From contig JAWOEX010000010.1 in NCBI GenBank assembly GCA_046482545.1, positions 32,001 to 96,000 of the forward strand: 64,000 nt of DNA. Direction: 5' to 3'. Of this stretch, positions 9,505 through 20,800 are shown piece after piece. The position numbers were made by a program, and so were the translations under genes. The stretch comes from Candidatus Thorarchaeota archaeon. Its GTDB lineage: Archaea > Asgardarchaeota > Thorarchaeia > Thorarchaeales > Thorarchaeaceae. The notes beneath the pieces were generated by a model. The model saw only the letters and a program-made list of their open reading frames with translations. It searched no databases and was not told the DNA's origin. Position 1 is the stretch's first letter, and every line of letters begins with the position of its first letter.

Positions 9505-10872
9505 ATGAAAATGCCTGAAGACAAACTCTCAGCGGAAGAATTGAAGAAAAAGGCTGAGAAGCCAGGAAAAGATGCAATGGTGCTGCACCCTTACTACAAG
9601 GGAAAAATACAATCAATTGGTAAGGCACCAGTGCGTGATTTTTCCGACTTCGCTATCTGGTACACCCCAGGGGTTGCCAAAGCCTGTACAGCCATCAAGG
9701 AGAATCCCGAGCAAGTCTACACCATGACAAACAAAGGGAATATGGTAGCTGTGGTAAGCGATGGGACCCGTGTCCTCGGATTGGGGGATATTGGCCCTGA
9801 AGCAGCTGGCCCGGTCATGGAAGGTAAATCTATTCTTTTCAAATACCTTGGTGGTGTAGACGCTTGGCCGATATGCCTTGATACCAAAGATGCCGACGAG
9901 ATAATCAAAACGGTGAAGATTCTCCAGCCATCATTTGGGGGAATCAATCTTGAAGATATCTCAAAGCCGAAATGCTACAAGGTTCTTGAGGAACTAAGAG
10001 CTGACAAGGATATCAAAATCCCTGTCTGGCACGATGATGCTCAGGGAACCGCAACGGTAGTTCTGGCTGGCGTATTAGGCGGTCTCAATGTGGTGGGCAA
10101 GGACATAGAAAACATCAAGGTTGCCATGATAGGAGTTGGATCAGCTAATACTCGCACAGCATATCTCCTCATAGCAGCCGGTGTAGACCCCAAGAACATG
10201 GTTATGGTTGACAGCAAGGGTGCTATCTACGCTGACCGAGACGATATAGTCGAGCAAAAAGACTATGATACGTTCAAATACGACCTTGCTCAGAAAACAA
10301 ACCCAGAGCGGCATACCGGCAAGCTCGTTGATGTCATCGACGGAGCAGATGTTCTGATAGGTGCATCACGACCTAAGCCAGGTACAATAAAGAAAGAAGC
10401 GGTTGAGAATATGGCCGATGATGCCATTGTTTACGCCTGCGCCAATCCTCTACCGGAAATCTGGCCATGGGATGCCAAAGAAGCAGGTGCCAAGATTGTT
10501 GGAACTGGTCGTAGCGACTTTGAGAATCAAATCAACAACTCGCTGGGATTCCCGGGTATCTTCCGAGGTACCCTAGATGTGCAAGCAGAAACCATCACAG
10601 ACGAGATGTGTATAGCTGCAGCTGAAGCACTTGCGGAGCTGGGGGCTGAAGAAGCTTCCGAGCACAAGGTAATCCCGACCATGGATCGTTGGGAGCTCTA
10701 TCCCCGAGAGGCAACAGCAGTTGGTATGAAAGCCATTGAGCAGGGAATAGCCCGGAGAGAGTGGGAAGAAAAAGAGCTATATGAGCATGCCGAAGAAATC
10801 ATCCGCAGAGCACGTGCAGCATCAGAGACACTCTATGCCGAAGGACACATACCCAAAGCCCCTGAGACATAG
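9505..10872 (+). CDS. mae: NAD(P)-dependent malic enzyme
   Basis: YTPGVA, VVSDGTRVLGLGDIG, VMEGK, INLEDI, HDDAQGTA, ANPLPEI, GRSDF.NQINN. Confidence 0.95.
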   Translation: MKMPEDKLSAEELKKKAEKPGKDAMVLHPYYKGKIQSIGKAPVRDFSDFAIWYTPGVAKACTAIKENPEQVYTMTNKGNMVAVVSDGTRVLGLGDIGPEAAGPVMEGKSILFKYLGGVDAWPICLDTKDADEIIKTVKILQPSFGGINLEDISKPKCYKVLEELRADKDIKIPVWHDDAQGTATVVLAGVLGGLNVVGKDIENIKVAMIGVGSANTRTAYLLIAAGVDPKNMVMVDSKGAIYADRDDIVEQKDYDTFKYDLAQKTNPERHTGKLVDVIDGADVLIGASRPKPGTIKKEAVENMADDAIVYACANPLPEIWPWDAKEAGAKIVGTGRSDFENQINNSLGFPGIFRGTLDVQAETITDEMCIAAAEALAELGAEEASEHKVIPTMDRWELYPREATAVGMKAIEQGIARREWEEKELYEHAEEIIRRARAASETLYAEGHIPKAPET

Positions 10873-10884
10873 GTCTAGTTTATT

Positions 10885-10927
10885 GAGGGGTTCCTTTGGA
10901 GCCTCTCATTCTTAGCTTTTTTTTTTT
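10885..10927 (+). terminator. Hairpin plus T11 tract after the malic enzyme gene
   Basis: GAGGGGTTCC-TTT-GGAGCCTCTC stem (with G-U pairs), then a T run at 10917-10927, between convergent genes. Confidence 0.6.
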
Positions 10928-10999
10928 CGATATTAACAGTGCTGGGAGTAATCTGTCCATTTCTATGTACAGAGGGTCACAGTGCTGATTGTTTTTTAC

Positions 11000-12973
11000 T
11001 CAACCCAAGCGTTTCCAGAATATTATGCTACCCGTGGCCACCGGCACCAGAGCAAGCATGAGAATAACGATAATTGAATTGATTCTGGGATTAGGGTCTG
11101 AACCATCAGGTAAAAGGTCCATATCGTAATCAGGAAAAAGGGGATCTAAGGTTTCCCTAATTTCCGACAAGTCATTCAAATCATCAGCATCTGTGTCGTC
11201 ATTCGAAGGGTCAGTTCCCAGTTGTACCTCTTCCCAGTCAGTCAATCCATCAAAATCACTATCAGCAGATAGAGGGTCAGATCCGTAAAGATATTCTTCG
11301 TAGTTGGTAAGGTTATCGTCATCGAAGTCAAGGTGAGAATCATTGACAAGAGGGTCGGTTCCGAAGGTTACTTCCCAGTTATCAGGCAGATTATCCTCGT
11401 CCGTATCATTATGGTTTGGTCTTGTTCCCAATGACTTCTCCCTGATATTTGAAAGGCCGTCATTATCCAAGTCGTCTTCGGCATCATCAGCTAGAGGATC
11501 AAGACCGAAATTCACTTCATACCCATCATTCATCCCGTCTCCATCAGTATCACTGACAAATGGGTCACAACCGATGGATTTCTCTAAACTCTCATTCAAA
11601 CCGTCATTATCCCAGTCAAGAGGAGATTGAGGTGGGGGCCATGAATATTGGTCGGAATCCAAGATACCGTCACCATCGGTATCAGAATCATAAACCAAAT
11701 AGACTTCAATTTCATTGTTTGTATCGCCTACGTTTCTTACAGAAAGACGCACATCGCCTATCAGAGCAGGCATCTCCGTTTCAAATGAGAAGCTACTATT
11801 TGGTAGTTCGTCTATAGAAAGAAGGTCAAAAGAGGCGTTCCTTAGAGTAAGGCTTGTGTTTTCTGGCACCTCTACATTTCCATAAACTTGGAGTTGCTGA
11901 GGGACTGTAATGATTGTATGAAGGGTAGCTTGTTCATATGAATCCAACTCTCTCTGGAGTTTGTATTCTGTAGGATTACCATTCCCCTTCTGTGCTAGAT
12001 AGACAGCCATTGCGCACGAGGCCTTCGCTACTAGGAAGCCTTGAGTTTTGTTGTAGTAGGAAGTCGATAATGAATCGGGAATATAGTCTTCTGACAGCTT
12101 CGTATGACCGCTTTTGATGTTGATGGCCGGATATCCCCGCTCCCAGAACGATTTATGGTCTGTATCAGTCTGTGTATTCCTAGTGCTATTTATAATGTCA
12201 TAGCCAGAGCTAGACATGAAAGTGATGAGAAGGTCCGCGAAATATGCAGTCTGATGATACCCAAAGATAGATGGCGATCTATACTCAACAATCAATCGTT
12301 TATTTTCCGATTGTTGGGAATCATAATAGAGAATCTCATCGAAATTCAGAGAAGAAATTACATCAACACCCCGTGTTTTCAGGGTGTCTGCCACCTCCTG
12401 TGAACCATAAAGGGCCCTCTTGTTTTTCTGAAAATCGATAAATTCCATATTTCCTGCAAAGAAGCAATAGTAGAGATCTACAGGTAATTGAAACTCGGAA
12501 AGAACGGTAGCAATCATCATGACAGTCGCACAACCACCTGCGTTCTGGTCTACACCGCTACTATCCTCTGCAGAATCGAGATGTGCTCCAAATACAATAG
12601 CCCTGCTATCGTTTCCATATCCTTTCTGATAACCTACGACAGATCTGTGTTCACCCCAAAAGGAGGCCTCTATCGACAGCGATTCAAGAGTGTCTATCAG
12701 GTAGTCAGCCGCAGCCTCATATCCATCAGATTCACCGAACCTTGACCCCTTGGATACTATCGTAGTCAACGGTGTAGAAAACTGGTTGAATTTCCCTTCT
12801 TCCCAAGCTATATTCCACCAATTCAGAGAATTATAGGGGTGGAGATCAATCTCCAGGTTCTGTTCTTCATCATCGGCATCAGGAGTAGAAGGCAGAGAAA
12901 GGAAATATCCAAGACTCGCTGAAATAATCATAGCGAGAATAACTAATACGGCCACTGCTTTCTTTTTCTGCAT
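11000..12973 (-). CDS. Membrane-anchored M28-family peptidase-like protein with DxDxDG (TSP3-like) Ca-binding repeats
   Basis: N-terminal signal/TM, GAHLDS, GVDQNAGG, LNFD, TDH.SF, about 8 DxDxDGL.D..E...GTDP repeats, C-terminal TM. Confidence 0.8.
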   Translation of the reverse strand: MQKKKAVAVLVILAMIISASLGYFLSLPSTPDADDEEQNLEIDLHPYNSLNWWNIAWEEGKFNQFSTPLTTIVSKGSRFGESDGYEAAADYLIDTLESLSIEASFWGEHRSVVGYQKGYGNDSRAIVFGAHLDSAEDSSGVDQNAGGCATVMMIATVLSEFQLPVDLYYCFFAGNMEFIDFQKNKRALYGSQEVADTLKTRGVDVISSLNFDEILYYDSQQSENKRLIVEYRSPSIFGYHQTAYFADLLITFMSSSGYDIINSTRNTQTDTDHKSFWERGYPAINIKSGHTKLSEDYIPDSLSTSYYNKTQGFLVAKASCAMAVYLAQKGNGNPTEYKLQRELDSYEQATLHTIITVPQQLQVYGNVEVPENTSLTLRNASFDLLSIDELPNSSFSFETEMPALIGDVRLSVRNVGDTNNEIEVYLVYDSDTDGDGILDSDQYSWPPPQSPLDWDNDGLNESLEKSIGCDPFVSDTDGDGMNDGYEVNFGLDPLADDAEDDLDNDGLSNIREKSLGTRPNHNDTDEDNLPDNWEVTFGTDPLVNDSHLDFDDDNLTNYEEYLYGSDPLSADSDFDGLTDWEEVQLGTDPSNDDTDADDLNDLSEIRETLDPLFPDYDMDLLPDGSDPNPRINSIIVILMLALVPVATGSIIFWKRLG

Positions 12974-13147
12974 TTTTCATACAATCCGAGAGTATCTTTC
13001 AAAACCCAACCTGAAGTGACAAGAAGGGCATAAATATGCGTTGAAAAGAGCATTACATTTCCTAATCGGAAATATGTGTTCATATCGTTAGGGATATTAT
13101 TCCAAAATCAGTGTAGACGCATAGTACCTATTCCGGAGCAATAACTG

Positions 13148-14254
13148 ATGTCTTTCAACCGCTGTGTGCGATGTGGGTCCTGCTTGAAGGTTTGCCCGAT
13201 ATTCGATGTAACTAAGGAAGAAAAGTACTCTCCGCGAGGCAAGACGTACCTTCTTCAAGTTATGGATCTGATAGAAGATGATGAAGAAGCTGGGAGAGAA
13301 TTCCGACGCCTACTTTTCGAATGCACCATGTGCGGAAGATGTAAGGAAATCTGTGAATCCGATGTCGACTTACTAGAGGTGTGGCATAAGCAGAGAGGTT
13401 CAGCTATTGAAGAATCGCCTCAGCAATTCGACTACTTAGAGTCCCTGAAAAAAGCTCTGAGTAGCGTCAGGAACATCTATGGATTACCTGAAGAGGATAG
13501 AGCGGTATACTGGCTCGACGAGATAGAACTGGAGATCCCTGACATACGAGAGAAAGTGTATGAAGCGGGAAAAACAGCTGACACCATGATTTTTCTCGGA
13601 TGTCTGATGTCATTCAGAGCAAGTCAAATGGATGTAGTACGGGCACTCTTTGAGGTCTTGGAGCATCTAGAGAGTGATTACCTTGTCATGGGAGCCGAGG
13701 AGTTCTGTTGCGGGCATCCGCTTCATCTCATGGGGGACGATGAAGCTGCAGAAGACCTGCGGAAGCACAACAGAAAGATTATCGAAGCGGCTGGTGTTAA
13801 CCAGGTTGTTACGTGCTGTCCGGGCTGTCTCATTCAATTATCTCAGTACCACAATTTCAAGAATGTTGAAGTCCTCCATCACACTGAATATCTTGACCAC
13901 CTAATAGACGAAATTCCAGAATACAATCAGAATGTGGACATGGCGTATCATGATCCCTGCGAACTCCATAGGATAAGCAATGTGAAAAAAGAACCACGTT
14001 CACTGCTTCGAAAGATGGTACTGGATTTCAGAGAGATGGACTTGTCGTGCTGTGGCGGTGGCGGGCTCTTGCGGATGACCGATCCAGACCTCAGTGACAA
14101 GATAGTGGCAGTCAAAGCCAAGAGAGAGGAGTTGGCCGATACCGTTGTTGTCACGTGTTGTCCCTCATGTCGAGAACAGTTCCTAGCCAATGATATCCAA
14201 ACACGTGATATCGTGGAGCTGCTGGCAGACATCTACAACGAGGAAGGAAGATGA
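13148..14254 (+). CDS. GlcF/HdrD-like Fe-S protein (2x[4Fe-4S] plus two CCG domains)
   Basis: CVRCGSCLKVCP, CTMCGRCKEIC, CCG..CPGC, YHDPC..CCGGGG..CPSC. Confidence 0.9.
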   Translation: MSFNRCVRCGSCLKVCPIFDVTKEEKYSPRGKTYLLQVMDLIEDDEEAGREFRRLLFECTMCGRCKEICESDVDLLEVWHKQRGSAIEESPQQFDYLESLKKALSSVRNIYGLPEEDRAVYWLDEIELEIPDIREKVYEAGKTADTMIFLGCLMSFRASQMDVVRALFEVLEHLESDYLVMGAEEFCCGHPLHLMGDDEAAEDLRKHNRKIIEAAGVNQVVTCCPGCLIQLSQYHNFKNVEVLHHTEYLDHLIDEIPEYNQNVDMAYHDPCELHRISNVKKEPRSLLRKMVLDFREMDLSCCGGGGLLRMTDPDLSDKIVAVKAKREELADTVVVTCCPSCREQFLANDIQTRDIVELLADIYNEEGR

Positions 14255-15591
14255 AGCTTCGAAACATAGTGGCAGGTGCAAATGCTTCAATATACTATCG
14301 CTTTAATTTCAAGAACATTAAGCGAGTATTCTATCCAAAAGATCAGAATGATGTTCGTGATGCTATCGATTATGCTCGGAACCACGGGTATGATGTCACT
14401 CCAAAAGGAGCAGGGTCGGGTCTCAGTGGAGCGTGTACGGGAGGTAATCGGGAACGGGTAATCATAAGTACACTTCAGATGAACAAAATTATGGATGTCT
14501 CAATTGATGAAGGATATGTGGATGTTCAACCAGGAGCTACTCCCGATGAGATTAATGCCATTCTGCAGCCAAAGAACGTGAAGTTCTGGGTTGCGCCCAG
14601 TAGCAGAGATGTGGCGACAGTCGGAGGAATTCTGAACACGGATGGCGGCGGCAATGATACATGGGTAAATGGTACGATGCGAGACAACACACTGAAAGTG
14701 CGCATGATGCTGTATGATGGGCATCAAATATCCGTGGACCAGAATGGGGTGGAGTCGGATGATACGAATCTTCAGGATAAACTGAATCAAGAGGGATTAA
14801 CTATTGATGACATAGCCAGCTCCCATGGTACTCTGGGATTCATAACCCAGTTGCGGGTCGCCATACGACCATTCCCTGACGAAAATCTTACCGGCGCACT
14901 AGTCGAGTATGAGGACTATGACACAATGGGTAGAACGATTGATGAAATGGTCAGCAGAAATAGCCCAATCCGTTATGGTGAGAGCATTGTAATGGCACAC
15001 GATGACGTGAGAGAGAATCTGTCACCCCCACTTCAGATACTGGAATTCCCAAGTAACTATGCTGATGAATTGAACGAGATAACCGATTACAAGGAGCTAA
15101 CGGAGGCAGAGCTTGAAAAGCTCAAGGAGACCAGAATCAAGCTGCCGAAAAAGAATCCCAAGGACGGAAGGCAGCTAGCACTGTTCGAAGGCTACGGACT
15201 TCATGATGATAGTCTCCGAAACATGAGTAATAGTATAGACCAAATCAATGAAGTTCTTCAAAACCACGGCTTCATTCCTCTTGTGAAATACGGACACGCC
15301 CCGAGCAAGTGGTATCTTGGAAATAACGAGGAAGCCTACGGTATGATTATGCATTCGCGAGAGATTAGACCTGAAGCACAAAGCGGTAAGAGAGTCTTCC
15401 AGACGGTATTGGCACTACTTGATAGATGCAAGGAGCTTGGTATCACTCCAAAACCTGAGCATAAATGGCCATTTTCAGATACCGAGAAAAAGAGTAGAAT
15501 TGCGGAACTTAGAAAGGTTGTAGGCGATGGCTTCAACAGTTTTATACTCCAAGAAGACTGCGCCACACCCACTCTCCGGACCATGGTTTAG
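14251..15591 (+). CDS. FAD-binding oxidoreductase (GlcD/D-lactate dehydrogenase-like); ATGA overlap with the Fe-S gene
   Basis: PKGAGSGLSG, VQPG, PSS..ATVGG, SHGTLGFIT (VAO/PCMH FAD-binding fold). Confidence 0.85.
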   Translation: MKLRNIVAGANASIYYRFNFKNIKRVFYPKDQNDVRDAIDYARNHGYDVTPKGAGSGLSGACTGGNRERVIISTLQMNKIMDVSIDEGYVDVQPGATPDEINAILQPKNVKFWVAPSSRDVATVGGILNTDGGGNDTWVNGTMRDNTLKVRMMLYDGHQISVDQNGVESDDTNLQDKLNQEGLTIDDIASSHGTLGFITQLRVAIRPFPDENLTGALVEYEDYDTMGRTIDEMVSRNSPIRYGESIVMAHDDVRENLSPPLQILEFPSNYADELNEITDYKELTEAELEKLKETRIKLPKKNPKDGRQLALFEGYGLHDDSLRNMSNSIDQINEVLQNHGFIPLVKYGHAPSKWYLGNNEEAYGMIMHSREIRPEAQSGKRVFQTVLALLDRCKELGITPKPEHKWPFSDTEKKSRIAELRKVVGDGFNSFILQEDCATPTLRTMV

Positions 15592-15667
15592 CAAATCTTC
15601 AGAATAGTTTCGGTCTACTCCCTCTAGGTGCTTAAATATCCTTCACAAAAATAATACACGATGATGT

Positions 15668-16807
15668 GTGATGGTGGATTCAAATAGAAGCCCTCGCGGA
15701 TTGTTTGACCCCTATTATGTACCAGATAGCTTGCTACATCGCAATCGAGAGATAAAAAGAATCAACGGGTTCTATAGCGATTCCTATGAAGACCAGTATG
15801 GCATCAACTGCTTGGTCCACGGGATAACAGGTGTTGGCATGACTGTCTTCTCGCGATACTTTTTGACTAGACTCGTTCCGAGTAAATTCGATGCACTTAC
15901 TGTGTACGTGGATGCTGAGCATAAGGATACGCTCGAAATAGTATCTGAGCTCAATGATAAAATCCATAGGAAAGCAAATAGACCAATTACTGTTGCCTTC
16001 GATTTAGACGTTCTATGGATGCAATTCAAACGAACCGCTTCAAAAGTCGATAAACGGGCAGTTTTCGTCATAGATAACATAGATAAAACCAATGAGGATA
16101 TTTACTCAAAGGTAGCTCAGCTTTCCAAGGAAATCAAAGCAAGTACGATTGGGGTTTTGAATAGTCATGACTACAGAATGCTGACCAAATCACCCGCAAC
16201 CAGCATGGCTTATGATTTGGAGATTCCCCTTGATACCTATACTCAGTCGCAGCTCTATGACATAGTCAGAATGAGAGTTGAGGATACCTTTCCGTTGACC
16301 CTAACGGATGAGGTCATTCGTTATCTGACAGACATTGTATGTGAGTTCGATGCAAGCCGACCGAAGACGTCAATTGAAGCCCTTAAGACCCTTTGGCCAC
16401 TTTCCAAGCAGGGTAAGGAAATCGATTCCGATGTTGTGAGAGCAGCTACTTCCAAGATTGCGGAATATGCCTATGATCAGGATTACTTGGATATTGTAGA
16501 GACTGTGAGCATGAACGATTACATGACCCTTCTCGTTCTTGAAGCACTAGCTGAACATTTGGTCCACTACAAGCAAGAAACCTACATCGACCGGCAGACC
16601 CTTGATGAGAATGTCGCAATCAAATGTGAAGAGATGGGAGTCCGATACTCGGTTGAGGATGTCAACAAAAGCCTGCAAACTCTCATTTTCCAGAGCGTTG
16701 TTTTTGAATCGGGCTATTCCAGCAATCTGCTCTATGTTCTAGTTCCGCCAGAGATACTCCATGATGCAGCCCTTCAAATGAGGAGAGATCTGGCTAGAAG
16801 AAAATAG
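15668..16807 (+). CDS. Cdc6/Orc1-family AAA+ protein with degenerate Walker A and B motifs
   Basis: FDPYYVPDSLLHR.REI N-terminus, HGITGVGMT, VFVIDNID, YT.SQLYDIV..RV, C-terminal wHTH-sized domain. Confidence 0.82.
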   Translation: MMVDSNRSPRGLFDPYYVPDSLLHRNREIKRINGFYSDSYEDQYGINCLVHGITGVGMTVFSRYFLTRLVPSKFDALTVYVDAEHKDTLEIVSELNDKIHRKANRPITVAFDLDVLWMQFKRTASKVDKRAVFVIDNIDKTNEDIYSKVAQLSKEIKASTIGVLNSHDYRMLTKSPATSMAYDLEIPLDTYTQSQLYDIVRMRVEDTFPLTLTDEVIRYLTDIVCEFDASRPKTSIEALKTLWPLSKQGKEIDSDVVRAATSKIAEYAYDQDYLDIVETVSMNDYMTLLVLEALAEHLVHYKQETYIDRQTLDENVAIKCEEMGVRYSVEDVNKSLQTLIFQSVVFESGYSSNLLYVLVPPEILHDAALQMRRDLARRK

Positions 16808-16896
16808 AGAAGTGGTGCAGACTCACGCCCGCACCATATTATATTCATATTGTGAAGTTTATTGTGTGGGAGTTGATACTTTCAAACACAATAGAA

Positions 16897-17325
16897 TCAA
16901 AGGTCTCCACTTTTGTCCTCCCATTCATCCTCAACCCATTGCTCAAGTCCCTCTGCACCTTGCATATCTTCAAGGTCTTCTTCCAGATTCGCGGGTTCGA
17001 GAACGGCTATCCAACCATCCCCATAAGGATCTTCATTGAGAACTGTGGGATTCGTTTTGAGCTCTTCATTGACTTCAACAAGCTTTCCTGTTACAGGGGA
17101 TTTTACAGCACCAGTCCATTTGCCGGATTCGAGCGTGCCTATACTACGGCCGGCGTCAATATCTCTGCCGGGAGGACGGAGCCTCACAAACTTTATCTTG
17201 CCTGCTAATTCCATCCCAAAAGTTGTGAACCCAATTCTAACCTGACCATCTTCTTTCTTGAGCCAGATCTGGTCCGAATTGTAGTAAAGATCCTCTGGAA
17301 ATTCAAATCCTTCCTTAGTCACCAT
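16897..17325 (-). CDS. gcvH: Glycine cleavage system H (lipoyl carrier) protein
   Basis: LESGK lipoylation site, SPVTG..VEVN, LNEDPYGDGWI. AGGTGA SD upstream. Confidence 0.92.
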   Translation of the reverse strand: MVTKEGFEFPEDLYYNSDQIWLKKEDGQVRIGFTTFGMELAGKIKFVRLRPPGRDIDAGRSIGTLESGKWTGAVKSPVTGKLVEVNEELKTNPTVLNEDPYGDGWIAVLEPANLEEDLEDMQGAEGLEQWVEDEWEDKSGDL

Positions 17326-17398
17326 AGAGTTGTCACCTTATAATTAACATCTAGAGTCATACTTAAGTGGATTTCGGCATGCCGATACTCGCATGAAC

Positions 17399-17605
17399 TC
17401 AGCTCTGATTTTCGCCATTCATAGCTTTTGTGAATTCCTTCAGATTGCTTTCATCCACTTCTACAAACAATGGGCCCGAATAGCCGCACTCTTCATTTTC
17501 ACAGTAGTACGTCTGGGGTATAAGCCATCCACCGATTGAGTTTCCAGCCTTGCGCAGTTTGGGGCTTCCGCAGCGCGGACAAACCTTAACTTTTTGCTCT
17601 GTCAT
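17399..17605 (-). CDS. Small zinc-ribbon protein
   Basis: CPRCGS ... YYCENEECGYSG. Confidence 0.75.
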   Translation of the reverse strand: MTEQKVKVCPRCGSPKLRKAGNSIGGWLIPQTYYCENEECGYSGPLFVEVDESNLKEFTKAMNGENQS

Positions 17606-17827
17606 AAGATAGTTCCTCCCGACTTGACAGTATTGGAATCATACCGTTTTAAGTCAATTCACTGCCACACTTGTTGTATGAATTTACCAAACATGGATTA
17701 TAGTGAAGAAAGGTTCACAAAGGCTAGAAGATCAGATAAAATGGACCCAAACCCAACCAGACGGTCATTACAGGGACAAGAAATCTCCCAGAAGGGAGAC
17801 TCCAGCCTGCATGACGGAACAGAGTAC

Positions 17828-20800
17828 CTAGACTCCATTCTCATCTAGACTATCCAGCAGCTCATCAACCAAATCCCGAGGCAGTCGCTCGGCCTGTTTC
17901 ATAATGGTGTCAATTTCATGAGGGGGCACTCCTCTCTTCTGAAGGTCTTTCCTAAGCTCCTCCAGTTCGTAGGGACTCAAGCGATCGGGTGGAGCCTCGG
18001 TTCCTGGCTCTGCCGGTGTTACTTCGTCTAGTCTTTCTTCTTCCTCTTCCTCCAGAAGAATCCTCTCCACATCCTCGACTTCTCTTACCTCTGGAGCTCC
18101 TTCTGGTTCCTCTGGAACATCTTCACCTCTTAGACGCTTGCGGGCGTCTTCCCGAACCTCTTCGATAATGACATCGGTTTCCTTGCCCTCACGCTTGGCC
18201 GCTCGTATGGCCTCCTGATGGATGACTTCTTTGATGAAGGCGGCCTTCTCACTCGGTCTCATCTTGTCAATGTCACCTTTGAAGTCCTCCAGTTCCTCAG
18301 GTGTAAGTTTTGTGAGTATTGATAGCATCATCAGAAGCTCACCAAGTTCAGGCACCTCAACCTCTATTGCCTCTGGAGGCATTTCCTCTGGTGCCTTTGT
18401 GAGCTCAACCTCTTTGTAGGTATCATTGTATAGTTCCGCAACAAGGTGCTGCCTACTCTTAGCCTCCTCCACAGGACTCGGAAGTTTTCCTTTTTCAAGC
18501 GACTTGATTTGGCCATTTATCTGTCTAAGTCTCTTCGGTACACTCCATATTTTGATGTAAGCGAGAAGCAGAAGTATGATTACGATGCTGATGGGTGTGC
18601 CAAAAGTGAAAGCCGTGTTCAGCGTCTCTGCAGCTTGGGTGGGATTCACGGTGACATCCTGCTCGATTACTTGTGCCTCTGTATTCTCCATTTCAATCAG
18701 CAGTACAAGAGTTGAAATACCTGAGTCTGCTTGGAGTAGTGGCGACGCAGCAACATATTCAACAATGTAATATCCTGGTCGGTCCTCGTCTGGATAGGAA
18801 TCTTCAATGCTGAGTAGTTTTAATTCAGACTCGCCAGTTATGCTTAAGTTGGCTCCAGTAACTGGTTGGTTGTGCCAGGTATCATTGTAGTAGATGACAA
18901 TCCGTCCCCGGTCACCATAGAGAAGATTCCTGTCGACCTGAATTATGCTCAATTCTGTCGGTATATCAATGATAGTAACTGATATTCTGATAGTAGCGGT
19001 TGTCCGGTTTGCTAGCTCCAACTTGACCAAGAGCGTGTAAGGGTTAGGACTGGATCGAGGACCTCCTTCTTGATAGAGGGCACTGGAGGTTGTATCAAAT
19101 GAGTACCGATAGTAACCATCTCCGAGCTCCTCCAAATCAAATCTAATTGTCTCTAGCAGATTCGTATGTGAGATGCCGGTGATGTTGACTGCATTCTCCA
19201 ATCCTCCAACATAGCCGTCGGAATCATCAGTATCATTGTAGAAGAATGTTATATCCACAGACTCACCAACTGGAACTACGAGGTCGGTAGATTCGTTTTC
19301 TACACAATTCTTTTCTGGAGCCTCGGGAACAATCTCCGTTGGAACTTCCAAAACGGCAATCCGAATTACTGCAGTTGCTTCCTGATAGTTTTCCTTTGTA
19401 AACGTCAAGGAAAGTTGATAGGTATCAGGAACTAACAGACTGGTATCAACCGGAACAAGATATTCGCCATCACCAACTGCAGTAGCGGTTCCGCGTATTT
19501 CAGAGAGGGCATAGGGGGCATCTGCTTGTGCGATAGTATCATTGAATGAAAGGTCTACGTATGTGAAACTTACATTACCTTTCCAGCCCCAATATACCTC
19601 AAGGGAAGGGGGTCTGTCAGCTTGAGTTGTAATCTTCTTTACTGTAAGTGAGAGAGATGCTGTAGAACCTGCAAATTCCGAAGCATTGGCGTATGGCCTT
19701 GCCTTGAAACTGAGTCCCCAGATACCAAAACCGGGAGCATCCTCGGTTGTGTTGAAGGCCACCCAGTATACGCCATCGCCAGCGTTTGTAAAGTTTCCAC
19801 TCTGACCAGTATCCGCAAGATACCAGCTTACGGTAGCATCCGAGAATGTAATTCCCAAGTCGGGAGCAGTAAGAAGCACTGTGAAATTCACGATTTCCGA
19901 GTAGACGGCTACCATATCCTCATTGGTTTCACCTGTCAAAGAAAGGTCTGTCCTTGTCTGGAGTAGATTCACCTTGAACTGGTAGCTAGCAGGGTCATAG
20001 TTTGACAGCTTCGCAGTCAATCTGACCGTGTAGAAGTCAATCGGTAGGATGGTTGCGGAATCAGGAATTGTCGTGTTGTAATACCCCCCTGTGCCATTAA
20101 AGGTTAATGCGTAGTCAGTTCCTTGGAACGTAGCGTAAATCTCATCCACGTACGAATCGTTTATGGCCGAAACATAGTTCGTATCATTGAGATAGAGCGT
20201 GATGTTCACTTGTGAACCTCTATCAATATCCTTAACCAATTCAGCCGGAGTGATAGAGATAATCTCGCTAGGTAGTGTTTTAACAACCAATGTTACTGTC
20301 GTGACTGAAGTGGCGAATTGATTTTTGGTTGCGTTAATAGTTACGACTCGTGTGCCGGTAGCAGCTAGTTCTGTGTCAATGGAGCCATTATAGATTCCAT
20401 CTCCTTGAGGGTCTTCAAGGACATCGCTGCCACCATCCCAACTGTAAGTAACCGTTGCACCAGGAATCAGGTTGCCATCAAGTAGGTTATTGTAATCTAC
20501 TGAAACATTAGCATATTCTTTCCAGAATATCTCAATTGTCTCTTGGCTAGGAACGAGAGTCGTGGAAATCACAGTAACCGTAAATGAAGGCGTGACTGTT
20601 CTGGAAGTATAAGGCCATATCTCGGCAGTTATGTTAAGTGTCTGTGAACCTGTGCCTTCAAGATTTGAAGTGTCGAAGGAAATATTGTATGCTCCTGAAC
20701 CGATATAATCAACTACAAGATTGGATGGAACAATCGATTCCTCAAGATAGTGGACATACATAGTAGCACCCGCAATACCTGTCTGATTGTGATCTAGGTC

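Noticed and set aside
15592-15667. Replication origin next to the cdc6-like gene
   Set aside because: The intergenic gaps are under 100 bp and show no ORB repeats or G-strings.
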